A stretch of DNA of 64,000 nucleotides, from contig CAJFCJ010000118.1 in assembly GCA_904063045.1 (NCBI GenBank), forward strand, positions 39,473 to 103,472, given 5' to 3'. The DNA is from Dimorphilus gyrociliatus. Taxonomy: Eukaryota; Animalia; Annelida. The notes under the pieces were generated by a model. The model was not told the DNA's origin. It did no database searches and was given only the letters and a program-made list of their open reading frames with translations. Numbering within the stretch: the first letter of the stretch is position 1; each line of letters begins with the position of its first letter. Shown here piece after piece: positions 13,273 through 25,700 of this stretch. A program made the translations under genes and the position numbers.

Positions 13273-13549
13273 TTAAAAAGGACAGCTATGACATATCCTT
13301 CCAGTCAAGTGTTTACACAAATCACAAAATGCACTGAAAATGTCAGTAAGAACCTGGAAAAATGAAATTTTTACTTTTTTTTAATTAATGTACAAAGTTG
13401 CCTTATAAACTACTTACCTCGCCATTATCTCTCTTTTCAAATTCTCTCCTTAGTAGCTGATTTGCAACACTTTCATCTACTTCATATGGAAGAGAAAAAA
13501 CTTGTACAAGAAGGCAAAGAACAAGCACAAGATCACAAATTGATTTCAT
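13273..13549 (-). CDS. 70-aa secreted Cys-rich peptide precursor (not in ORF track), exons 13549-13418 and 13353-13273
   Basis: MKSICDLVLVLCLLVQVFSLPYEVDESVANQLLRREFEKRDNGE|VLTDIFSAFCDLCKHLTGRICHSCPF*. GTAAGT donor, TTTTTCCAG acceptor, 64-nt phase-0 intron, AATAAA about 50 nt downstream. Confidence 0.8.
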
Positions 13550-13572
13550 TTCTGTTGGTTTTAGGAAAATAT

Positions 13573-13707
13573 GATTGGTGTCAGCCTCTTTATATCAGAA
13601 TTTTTTTAATGCTGCTGTTACTTTATAGTAATAAAATTACAACTGGTTTTTCTATAAAGTAACAGCAGCATTAAAAAAATTCTGATATAAAGAGGCTAAC
13701 ACCAATC
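13573..13707. repeat. 56-bp near-perfect inverted repeat with 23-nt spacer
   Basis: Arms 13573-13628 and 13652-13707 are reverse complements with 1 mismatch. Confidence 0.95.
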
Positions 13708-14675
13708 TGGGCTGTAGGCTAGATGAGGCAAGACTACCTGTCCAGTTGTTCTAAGATATGGAGTAGTTTGTAAGCTTGTATGAGATCTGGCATTATCTTG
13801 TAATAAAATCACCTCTTTTCCTGGCCTGATTCTATTGATTCTTTGCTTTAATCTCTTTAAAATGCTGTTGTAAATCTCTGAATTTAAAAATTCTAGATGA
13901 ATAAGCCTTTCACTGTCCCAAAACACACATGCCATCAATTTGTCTGCAGACTTACCTGTCTTAACCCTTTTTGGTGGTGGAGAAAACTTTGTTTGACACT
14001 CTAAAGAGGGGTTGACAGAAAACGTTCACAAATGAGAAATTTTAGGACAAAATTTGGATTGAGAAATGGTTAGGCAGAAGAAAACAGCAACTGATTTGTA
14101 CTTAGGAGGCTCCTCTAAGGGTTAGGGGTAATGCAAAAGGTTAGGTACAGCTAAGAGCTGGGTTAGGGTTAGGGTAAAAGCACCAATTTGTGGACATTTT
14201 CTGTCTAAAGAAGCCCATTTAGTCAATTGTTCATGATAGAATACCCATGTTTCATTTCCTGTGACAATTTTTGACAAAAAATCCTCTCCTTCTTCACCAT
14301 ATTTTTCTAGGAGTTCTGTAGACCCCTCTACCCTTTTGTCTTTCTGATACCAATTAAGTTGGTAGGGAATCCATCTTGAGACAATCTTTCTCATCCCTAG
14401 ACTGGAAATCAAATCTTCAACAGGAGCATGACCTATGTTCAATGTTTGAGATATCTCAGCCTGGCTTATTCTCCTATTATCTCTGATTAGAGCAATAGCT
14501 CTCTCCTTATTTTCATTGTTATTGGCTGTTCTTGGGCATCCAGTTGCTTGTGAATATCAATTGCAGTAACTTGCTGTGACCCAAGAAATTGAATAATTAC
14601 TCTCTGCTTTATACAATCATCCATACCATGCCACCACTGAAGTCTCAATAACTTTTCATTCAGGGATCACAAGTT
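13708..14675 (-). mobile_element. Decayed mariner transposon remnant
   Basis: RWIPYQL, IVTGNETW, MACVFWD, QDNARSH, AYSPD fragments; interrupted by a MITE. Confidence 0.88.
14008..14205. mobile_element. MITE copy nested in the mariner remnant
   Basis: Same TIR and internal sequence as 6316-6521; (TC)TAAAGA is duplicated on both sides. Confidence 0.85.
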
Positions 14676-14950
14676 GTGAAAGTTTTTTAGTGATAGTGCA
14701 TTAATGAATTCACTTTCTATTAATAATGATAACATAGGCCTACAATGTACCGTTTTAAAATTACAGGGAAACAGGTAAAACTTTCAGGGTGAATCTTATA
14801 TTCATACAAATGTGAAAAAATTGTTTAAGGTAGGTTTAACATACTCTGAAAAAAGCAAAACCATAGCAATTGCAATGGAAATAGAACATCAAGTTTGAAT
14901 GTCATTATTTATTTTTACTAGCTATTATTAATATTGATAATTATTTAAGT

Positions 14951-15788
14951 CTAAATAAAATGTAGCCCTAAAACTGATGTTAAAAAAGTTACCTGAATGT
15001 GCTTTTTTCTATTTTGAAAATGAATTGGATGAATGATGCAAAAAAAATACTTATTTAAACCTTTAACATAGAGTACAACTTTCAATGACTTTTTGTAACT
15101 GGAACATAAACTTCTCACATAACATCTTCCCTCTTCAACAACATAATCAAAAAATCTAAAATTATAAAAAATTCTGTTATTTGTTTTGACCCAAAAAAAA
15201 TATTTTTTAAATTTGTTACAAACTTGCAATTGTCATGTAAATTACATATGTTTAAACATTCTTCAATAGTAGCAATTTTTGAAAATGAATCCCATTCAGC
15301 AGCTACAAAATTTTGATAAACATTTGTTTCAGTATTCTCATAAATTCTCCAGTTATTTGTTAGGTTTAGTTGTTGAGGATCTTTTACAAATAATATATAT
15401 CCAGAGACAGTTTGCTTATCAGAATGTGCAGATTTTAAATGGCAATATTTTGCATCTAAAAGAAAATCAATTGACCTGCAATATATTTGAAAAAAAGTAG
15501 TTATTTATTCCCTTTTTCAAATTGAGAATGTTTTAGGTAAAGTTTTCATTTGACTTTGACCTTAAATTTGTTGTTGAACACTTACTTGCATCTTTCATAT
15601 AAACTGCATACTCTTAGAAATTCCTCAATTGATTGTACTCTTGTATCCTGTCCATTCCAAATTGGAACTGAAAGGAGAAAATTAGAAAACACTCTTTGCT
15701 TTCCATATTGTCTATAGCCAAAAAATTCTGTTTCAATAGAATTTTCGAAATATAGAATGAGATGCAGGAAAATTTTGAATATTTCCAT
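14951..15788 (-). CDS. Secreted tandem PAN/Apple-domain protein, exons 15788-15586, 15475-15224, 15155-(3' end uncertain)
   Basis: MEIFKIFLHLILYF leader; SIEEFLRVCSLYERCK|SIDF..YCHLK and TIEECLNICNLHDNCK|FFDY..GRCYV..VVLYVK. Junctions are in frame. Confidence 0.65.
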
Positions 15789-15894
15789 TCTTTCTCTTTT
15801 CCAATTAGAATATTTGTCTTGTTTAATTGACTTAAATAGAGAAACTGCAAAACAGAGTTAATGAATTGTACTTCTCATTAAAGTAAATTCAATA

Positions 15895-17000
15895 AATAAC
15901 TTGAAAAAAAACATTTTGCAAATGACATATACACTAGCATAATTACTAATACATCACTTTAAACTTTATGAAGACAAAAAATTGATGAGTACCATCTCCA
16001 CATGTGTGAACTATAGAATGACTTTTTTGTTGTAGGAATTATAATGGTGGAAATTTAGAAAAAGTGTTATTTCATAGGAATTATAATTATGGAGCTTTAG
16101 AAAGACTTTTATGTAGTAGAATTAGATTCTAGAACTTTAAAAAGACCTTTATTTCTTAGGAAATAGATTCTTTGACCATAACAGGTGGTGCCACTATGGA
16201 ATTAACAAAGAAACAACAATAAAGAAAAAATGCATGTCAAAAACAGATACGGAAGAGGCAGGCTTGTTTTTACAGTGACACATTCATACAAATAAGAAAT
16301 TTCAAGACTAAATTTTGAATTAAGAAATGGTTAGGAAGAAGAAGAGAGCAACTGATTTGTACTTAGGAGGGGTAGTGGAAAAAGTTAGATACAGCCAAGG
16401 GCTGGGTTAGGGTTAGGGTAAAAGCACTCATTTGTGGACGTTTTCTGTCTCATCCATCTATACCTAATTCACCTACATTTTACATTTCGACTCGCTCATC
16501 ATTACTTTAGTTAAAAAGTACAAAATACTGCCAATGTGATTCAAATAAAATTTTTCTTTGGAAGATTCTTTCCTCAAACTTACTCATTTACCTTACTATC
16601 TTTTTTCTTTTATCTAATGGTATATTTCCCTTTATCCTCCCATTCACAGAGATTTAATACATGATGAAGCTGACAAGAGATTAGTAATATATTTTGCTTG
16701 CCAAATTTTAATGATTGTTCTTTTTCCTTCTACTTTCAATACAATTAGCAGAGTTTGCATTCATTTAGATTTAGTTTATGTAGAAGAATTTACGGAATTG
16801 AATGATGAACACCAGTCTAAACTAAAAAATTTATTCCCTAGAATTTTTGTGCACTCGTCTCTTGTTCACACTTTCAATAAGATAAAACTGATCTTGAAAT
16901 TAGAAATACTTATTTAATAGTAGATAGGGTCAATATCATTATGAAAAGGTTATTAGCATTATTAAAGGTTTGTTATCCTTGGCAAAAACTATGGTTAAAT
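15895..17000. repeat. Degenerate dispersed repeat, patchily homologous to 27760-28260; includes a ~41-bp subrepeat block (16035-16250)
   Basis: Shared strings such as CATTTTGCAAATGACAT and GGAATTGAATGATGAACACCAGTCTAAACTAAAAAAT. Confidence 0.7.
16289..16455. mobile_element. MITE copy, left end truncated
   Basis: GGGTTAGGGTTAGGG core and right TIR TCATTTGTGGACGTTTTCTGTC. Confidence 0.8.
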
Positions 17001-18100
17001 TATAGCTAGAAAGAGAAGACTGTAAGAAAATGCGTAAAATTAAGAGAGCTGTCTGAAATACTAAAAAGAGGGTTAGGAAAATATTCAGAAAGTTTAGGCA
17101 AGATTTACAGTTACAGTTTGAAAATTATGTAGAACTTCTGTGTTAAGGTTAGGGTTAGTGAGATAAAAGTGTCATTAAATGCTATGATCAATATGCATAT
17201 CAATGAATAATTAATTAATAAGAGAGATATCTGAAACTTTAAATTACCATTTCTATTGTGAACATACTTTAAGTAAATTGGTATGAAAATAACATGGAGA
17301 TACTTGAATAGGATAAAACAAAGTCTAAGGAAAAGTGTAATATCAAGAAGATATTCAAGTGGAAGAAGTGTTAAAAAGTAAAGAATATGAATAGGAATTG
17401 ACCTTCTCATTATAGTAATCAGTTTTTAATTCTACTGTAATTTAACATTACTTTTTGGTCAGCAGTTGGAATGTATTTCCCTTTGAAATTTATTAATGAA
17501 ATGTACTCAAATAGAATGAATATTCATATATGGAAATGAAAGAGAGGAAGAAAATGAACTCATAACTTACGTCTTGCAAAACCAACAAGTTTTTAAATTC
17601 AAATTTAACAATTCCTCAAAATCTGAACAAAATGAATTCTATATGTTAAAATCCAGTATGTTCAATTTCCTCAAAGTGCTTAAAGATCCTGTTTTAAACC
17701 CCAAAACCAAACCTAACCCAACAGTAGATAAAGTACTTTCTCCTTTTTTGTTTCTATCCTTCAATTTGACCTTGAGATAGAATGTAATTAAGGAAATTGT
17801 AGTTTTCCTAACCCTGAACCTTACACGCAGAGCATCTTTTTCCTCTATGAGCGTAGAAAAATAATGTTTTGAATTACAAAGTGCGCATATACGGCTTGTC
17901 AGCTGTGGTTTGTCCACATGCATCTGTATTGTTTTTAGAGAGCATTACAAGAGAGAATGACTGTCATTCGATCTCTCTGTTTAAACAAAAAACCAAAATG
18001 AGTGATCTGTAAAGCACAACAACATAAAAAGTATAAAATATCATCTTGTGTTACTAAAAGCATCTCAGCATTTTACTTGGATAAAACATTTGATTTTGTA

Positions 18101-21100
18101 ATGACTAATAGAAAATTTCTCTATTTTTTCTCATTTATTCTCCAATACAGTTTCTTAAGGAAATCTGTTCTAAGTCTCTTTGAATGTAAAATGGAAAGAA
18201 AAAATTTATCTCTCCATTTTTTAAATGAAATATATAGCTATTCAATAAAACCTCTGGTGGAAGATGATTACTCAGTTTATGGAAAGTTACAGATTAGAAT
18301 TCAGCCTATAAATCAAACTGAATACGTAGCGTTTCAATCTCGAATATCTGATATAGATATGAAAAAATTATGCCAACATATGGGGTTTGATAATATACAC
18401 TTTTTTGCACAGAGCTGTAAGCCTAGCGGAGGTAATAGTCATTTTTTTTTCAAAACTATACTACTTTGCTGTAGCCTACTGTAATGAAAATTCACAGAAA
18501 TGTTGACAATAATACCTAAGCGAACTTGGTATAATGTTGTTATACTGTATGTATGAAAATGTTGAAAATTTGTATAATAAACATCATATTCTATTAATAG
18601 ACACAGGATATTAAAAAATTCAGGCAATTCTCAATCATTTTGCATTAAATGTTTTAAAATTAAAAAACCATGTAAAATCATAAATTCTTTGAGTACTTTT
18701 ACATTAAATTTTCACTTTTTTTCCAGATCTTTTTGCCATCACCTTTTCATTAAATCAAGAAAAATTTATTTTAATGACAAGATTTAATAAAACTAATTAT
18801 AGAGTTGAAGTTGAAAATAAAAAAATGGATGAACGCCATAATGAAATTTGTGGTAGAACGCAATTCTTTAAAAGAAATTTTAATGAAAAAGCAATAAATG
18901 ATGAAAATTCTACAATTTATGATTTCGGAAATGAATTATTTAGATTAAATAAATTGAATAAATCTTCAAATCTCATTCAGATATTTTGTAAATTTCACCA
19001 ATTGAAAGGTAAAATAAAAAAAGAGATTTATTTCAATGTGCACTAAATTTCCCATTCTTCTTTCCTAACAGATGTCACTATTGTACTGAACATGCCTGAA
19101 TTTTATAGGAAAAATTTCTTTCCCCAATTATCAAATAGTACAATTACTCCTATAATTAAATCAAAAACCTATGGCTTTTTACCGATTGGCTATGAAAAAC
19201 GTTCCGATACTGTTAACTTTGCCAGAGTTTTATGTAAACTTGATGGGAAAATTGCAGCACCAGTTAAACACCTAGTTTATATTAGACCAGTTCAAGTAAA
19301 TATCAAAATTTTCAATACTACATTAACTTGATACAGTAGCTTCTGGGCGGGCAGAAAATACTTTATGGGTTAAAGTAACTAGGTGGGCTGAAAGTTTTCA
19401 TTGAGAAAAATAAATAGGACAAAAGTAAAATCATAAAATTTGTGGACACCTTCTTTTGCACATCACCCCCCGCCCCTTCCCTTATTGACCCACTTATCTC
19501 TAAAATTCAACAGTTGAGGCATATCGCTCATTGCCCATTTATGAATCAGCACATGGATGAAACTGATAGTGTTTTTTTGAAATTTTGTAAGTGGGACAAT
19601 TCAGAGCTTTGGGAATGTGAATTATATGATGCAAATGGAATGTCTTCCCACCATGTGCAACCTATATGTGAAAAGAGCTTAAACTCTTCAAGTAACTATC
19701 ATAATTAGAACATACTTGCCCAGATAGAATAAACGTGTTTTTACAAATAGATTGGGATGTACGCTTATTTTACAATCTAAAACATTCTCTGTATAATAAA
19801 GAAATGAACCATAATAAAGGAACGGTCACTGGAATCTTTCAAGTGTTCTTCAACAACTATTGGTATACACCGGATATAATTGATATGAGATATCCGGAAG
19901 TGATGGCAATATGTAAATATTTTGGCTATAAAGGCGGAACAATTTTAGAAAAATTGCCATACAGCGCATTAACTAATCAAATTATTCGTATGGAATGCAA
20001 CAGCAGTATCTCATTGATTGATAATTGTACTTTTACAAATGAAGCTTATAATGGGTTAGAAAATATTTAATTTAATTCTACAAAAAAATCAATCAACCAT
20101 TCAATAATAACCGTGTTTTTTAGCGATGCTAATGTAGTGGTGGCAATTCAATGCAGAGACAATACAAACATAGCTGGTTTGTCTTTGGAATAATTTCTAG
20201 TTTTTTGTGGGTAAAACTACTCTTATTTTTTTAATATTTTATTTTAGAATGTTCAGCAAACAAGATGGCAGATTCGTATTCTTTCGGCGATTCTTGTTTT
20301 CTTCTATTTAAAACTAAGAGAATGAAATCTATAAATGATATTAAAACAATTTGCAAGAAATTCAATACAACCTTGCCAAATTTTTCACTCAATGAATACC
20401 GGTTTGTAATCAGTTTAAAGAATCGAAATATTTACAGAGATAGCTTTTATCCGAGTTTGTCAGCTTCAAAATATAGAAATGGTCTACCAGGACGTAAATA
20501 TAGACAAGAAGAGCTTTCCTTTTCATTTCCGTATTGAATATTTTCTTTTTCTATTTTGAATTTAGATTTAAAATTGAAAAAAGACAAAAGAAATCGAGAA
20601 TTTCTAGTTTTTTCCGATGATAAACCTTTCGAAATGGCAAACGTTTTATCTTTAACAAGGGAATCTTTTGTAAAATTCTCTATGATTTTCCATAAAAAAA
20701 GTTGAAAACTTTAAAACTTCTCTGTTGAAATTCTAGGAGGACGCTTATTGTCTTTCGCATTTAGAAAGTCGAGAAACGAAACTGTTGAGTAGAACCGAGA
20801 GATGTTTTACAACTGTACATACTAGCTTATATAAGAGAAATGTTCAGGGAATTTCACTAAGGGGAACAAACTGTAATGTTAAAATATTTTCAAAATTCGC
20901 TTGCAAAGACGTCTATGGTGCGGATATATTCATTCAATGAGGATGATTAGCATTGATTTTCTTCTAAAATTATAGGAACTAGAAAAGGATCATTAGCCAA
21001 TTACGAAGAATTAAATATCGAGACTGTTTTAAAATGTCCTAATAAGACATTTCATTGTAAAATGGATGATATTTGCATTAGTTTCATATACGTTTGCGAT

Positions 21101-24100
21101 AGGGTTTACGATTGTTTTTCTGGCGAAGATGAGCAGGATTGCCTATTGGGAGAAAGATTCTTTTGCTCCTCAAACATCAGTATAGCCTATCAGTTTGTAT
21201 GTGATTTTATTCAAGATTGTCCTGATGGTCTAGACGAAAGAAATTGCGGTAAATGGATTTCTTTGTATTTGTATAACTCAAAATATTTATCGTCAATTTA
21301 CAATAAAACTACTTTTTCTTTTTAAATTACAAGAATGGAATGAATGCGAAAAAGGACAACATCAGTTAGTTTGTCAACTTAGATAAAGTGTTTTTAAGTT
21401 ACCATTTCTATAATCTATTCATAGATGCCAGAATCATCAATGTATCGGTAATGATCTTTATTGCAATAATGAATTTAATTGCTTTGACGGAAGTGACGAA
21501 AATTGCATGTCATTTATTGCGTCGAATGGAAAGAAACAAAGTATAATAAAAAAAATGGCTTTAATTATTTTGCTTTTAACGCAAAAAACGTTCACAAATC
21601 GAAGCGGAAGATTGTAATTGATTTGTATTTAGCAGGGAGGGAGATGGGTGGGGCGAAGAGTGTCAGGGTTAGGAAGATAACATTCTTTTGTGAACGTTTT
21701 CTATATTGTATACAAATACTTTTTTATCATCAAAATACACTTTTCACATCAATAGAATGTCGAAGTGATTTTCAGATGGAATGTGATGATAAATGTCTTC
21801 CTGATCAATACGCTTGTGATTTTCAGTTAAATTGTCTAAGCGAAATTGACGAATCATTCACACAATGCATGCATACATTTTCACATGATTATAGAAACTG
21901 TAATGCGAGAAAGTTGCTTATGAAAAGAAAATCTTACAAGTGTCACCTAAAATATAGTTCAATGGGCGATATTTTAACAAAACCTCAATCACCATTTAAT
22001 GAATTATTCGATTGTAAAAGATTTCAATGCGAAATCGGGGAATACAGCTGTAAAAAATTCAAATATTGTATATCAATTCAACAAGTTTGTGATGGTATTG
22101 TGCATTGTTTATATCAGGATGATGAAGTCAATTGTGGTAAGTTCTGAGAACCAAAAATTGAGGTCAATAAATAATTTCTCTTACCATCCAGATCAATACT
22201 TTAAACCAAAAGGTTATTTCAAATGCAAATACGATGTCGATTATATAAAACTGGAAAATGTTTGTGATGGTATCATTCATTGTAGAGTTGGAAGTGATGA
22301 ATTATATTGCGACACTGTGTTCAAATGTCCTCTGCATTGTCAATGTTCTTTAAATTATATTGTAATATGCTCATTTTCTAATTGGGAAGAATCATTTAAA
22401 TATTTAAATGATCTATCATTAAATTACAAAGCACTCTCTCTAAACGGCTCAAATGGTCGAAATAATGATGGAAAGTTCGTAGAACGAAAAACGATCAAAG
22501 TACAATTATCAATAAGCTATTTACACATCAATAATTACAATATTGAAAATATATCACTTTCTTCAACATTCCCAAATGTATTTTCAATGAATTTACAATC
22601 AAATAAACTAAACTTGAACAAAACTTTAGACAGCAAATTAAAAAATTTACAATCAATTAATTTGAAATTTAGCAAATTCAATATTAACCAATTTTTTACA
22701 TTTGGTCATCACAAACAGCTTAGATCCATTGATTTATCTTCAACTAATATCAAATTTTTTGGTAAAACTTTATTCTTAAATCTTAATAAATTGGAAAGTT
22801 TAAAAATTGAAAATTGTAATATTAAACTTATATGGAAAGGAATATTTGATTCTTTAAAATTTCTAAAATATTTATCACTAAGGAGGACAAAAATTCCATT
22901 AGAAGATGGAATATATTTGGTTAAACCATTAATAAATTTAAATGAATTGTATAGTAATTATTTTACACTGTGCTGCTTTGCTTGGAAATATTTGAGTAGA
23001 ATAATAAACTGTTCACCGGAGAAATCACTTTTTAACTCTTGTTCAGATTTATTCAAGTCAACAGCAATTCGAATAATACTATGGTTCATATGTTTTTTGG
23101 CCATAATTCAAAATGCTACTTCATTGATTTTTATTACGATTTTTGCATCTAAAAAAGTCAACGTCTTTCATTTTACACTTATGCTCGCTGATTTTGGAGT
23201 GGCAGTCTATGTGTTTATCATTGGATGGCAAGATCTTAAATATAGAGGTCATTACATTGAAAATGATATTACTTGGAGAAACAGCTTAACTTGTTCAACT
23301 CTAGGTGTAATTTGCAGTTGGGCAATGTTGCTGTCAGCTTTCAGTTTACTTTTAATTTCACTTGAGAGATTTCAAATGATTTTATATCCATTTCAAAAAA
23401 TTTTTGGAAGAAGAACATCTATAATTTGTATTGTAGCTATAGCTATACTTACTGGATTAATTTCCATTGTGCCTACTATTTTTTACCAAGTGAATAATTT
23501 TTAAATATTTAAAAATGAGATAGATAAATTAAGTTTTTCTTTTCTTTTTTTTAAGCAATTCTACTCAAGATATCCAGTCTGCTTTTCTCTGCATATAACA
23601 AGTGAGAAGAGTGAAGGCTGGCTATTTTCATTTATACTATATGGTATTGTAATTTCTGTTATTTGCATTGTTATTTTGCTGCTATATTTAGCAATTTGGA
23701 GAAGAACTCTAAAAGCTAAACATTTAATGGGAGAAGAAAAATTCCATACTACCCAAAAAAAATTGTTTCTTAATACTTTCCTTATTGTTTCAACAAATAT
23801 ATGTTGCTCATTTCCAATTTCAATATTAGGTTATTTTTCTACTTTTCTTATTACGTGAAGAAGAAGCGTGATAAAATATTCATCAATGAATTTTCTGGTA
23901 TTCCCCTATACCCCAAAAACTTAAACTATTGCCTGGTTCTTAGTGGAAAAAATGTCTCTAAAATCAGATTGTTGTAGATCAGAGTATGGGAAAATTGTCC
24001 AATGGGTGGGGGAAAACATTGTAGGAGTGGGAAAAGATATTTCGTGGATAAAAACTTGTCCTAATCTCTGAGATTCAAAAATATAAATGAATTTGTATAT

Positions 24101-25119
24101 ATTATCAAAAGCTGAGCACAGTTTGGCAAAATTCAGAGCAAGAGTAATTTAATTTTAACCCTGACATATTTTCCCAATCTCCTTCTGATTTGTGGACGTT
24201 TTCCGCCGTATCGAAACTAGTTGTTGTCCTAACTCTCCAATCAATTTCTGTGTTTTTTGTAACTTTTGATATAAGATGCCACCTAGGGCATAAAAAGGTC
24301 ATTATTGAAAAGAAATATCAGAATATTCATTAGTGATTTCAGTGACATCAAATAGATTAATCTTATTAGTATCATTTTAGGTATCTATTCAGTTTTCTTT
24401 TCACTTACTATAACAAAAGAAGTTTATGCTGGAATTGTTATCATTATTTTACCAATTAATTCCATGATTAATCCTTTCTTATACACTTGGTCTGAAGTTA
24501 AATCTTATTTAATTGCTAAAAAAATATTGAAAGCTGAAAAAATGTTGGTAAATCTACAATATTTTGTGTTGAAGTGCAAACGATTTTAATCATTTATCTA
24601 TTCAGCAAATTGGAAAAGGACAATTTTGAAAATCATTTGAGAAATTCATGTAAATTTAGATATAAATTTAATTGGTAACTTTTTCTCTCTTTCTTCAAAC
24701 AGATGCTAATTTTATAAGAAATGTGGATAATTATCATTTAATCACTAACAATTCCTCTTTTAATTGTAAAAATGTATTATTTCAACAAGGGACTTGTTTG
24801 CTAGTGAATAGCCAAATTTTAACAAATATGAAAGATCTTTTACAGGCATTAAACTTTTGTCATCTTAATGAATTGGGTTTTTGTGGATTAATTCATTTGG
24901 AAAATATTTATTTAAAGGTAAAAGTAGCAATTTCAATACGAAACAATGTAAAATATAAAATTGACATTTAAGGTGAAGAGTAAAGAGAAACTAAGGTTTT
25001 ATCTTTCCCTGAAAGATATTAGCCTCTGTGTCAATAGAACGAAACAAGATGACATTTTAGCTATTGGCAACTTTTTAAGGAAGCTTTTACAGCTGCAGCA
25101 GGCAGTCAAGTTAAAATAA
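18101..25119 (+). CDS. LGR1: GRL101-like multi-exon GPCR (signal peptide, degenerate SRCR/CUB/C-lectin-like modules, ~6-7 LDLa, LRRs, 7TM, kinase-like tail)
   Basis: LDLa (CDFIQDCPDGLDERNC), LRR (LxxLxLxxNxL/I), hinge CC..CSPEKSLFNSCSDL, TM3 ISLERF, TM7 PINSMINPFLY. N-terminal exon boundaries are approximate. Confidence 0.85.
21581..21703. mobile_element. Related short TIR element in an LGR1 intron
   Basis: AAAACGTTCACAAA ... TTTGTGAACGTTTT inverted pair with a GGGTTAGG core. Confidence 0.6.
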
Positions 25120-25700
25120 TCACTTTTGTATAACATTAATATTTTTATTAAATATATTTTAACATAAACAATTAAACATTTCCAAATTAAAAATTTAGAG
25201 AAACAATCTTATAGTTAACAGATGAAAACAACTGCAAATATATGGTTCAAGTTGTTCAAGTTGAGTTACAATTTTCATTAAATTGATGATTCTTTTTGGA
25301 ATAAACTTTAATTAACATTTGAAATTAATTTATAATTTTCCAACGCAAATATTCTACAGCAGCTTCAAATTTCACACCAATATCACTATGGTCAATTGTA
25401 GAATTATACTATCTGGATTAGGTCTTGGGGTTAAGGATTAGCACAATCAGTATAGACTGGAAATCCTCTTATTGCTATCTAAATGTAAAATAGCAGTTCC
25501 TAGCTTAAGCTATCACTTTATCTCCAACTGTCCCACTCCAAATTCTCAATAAGGGTGAATAGACACTGCACTGCAGTATTCCACAGTCTCTCTAATTAAA
25601 ATCTCACAATATTTTGGATCCATTGATCCTTTATCAAGTGTGAAGGAAGGCCACAGTTAGATTACCACTAGACTGATTAATGACAGGATTGGTGTACCAA

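Noticed and set aside
24606-24629. QIGKGQF read as a kinase glycine-rich loop in the LGR1 tail
   Set aside because: That frame ends in TGA immediately and is absent from LGR2 and LGR3; likely coincidence. The kinase-like call rests on the downstream exons.
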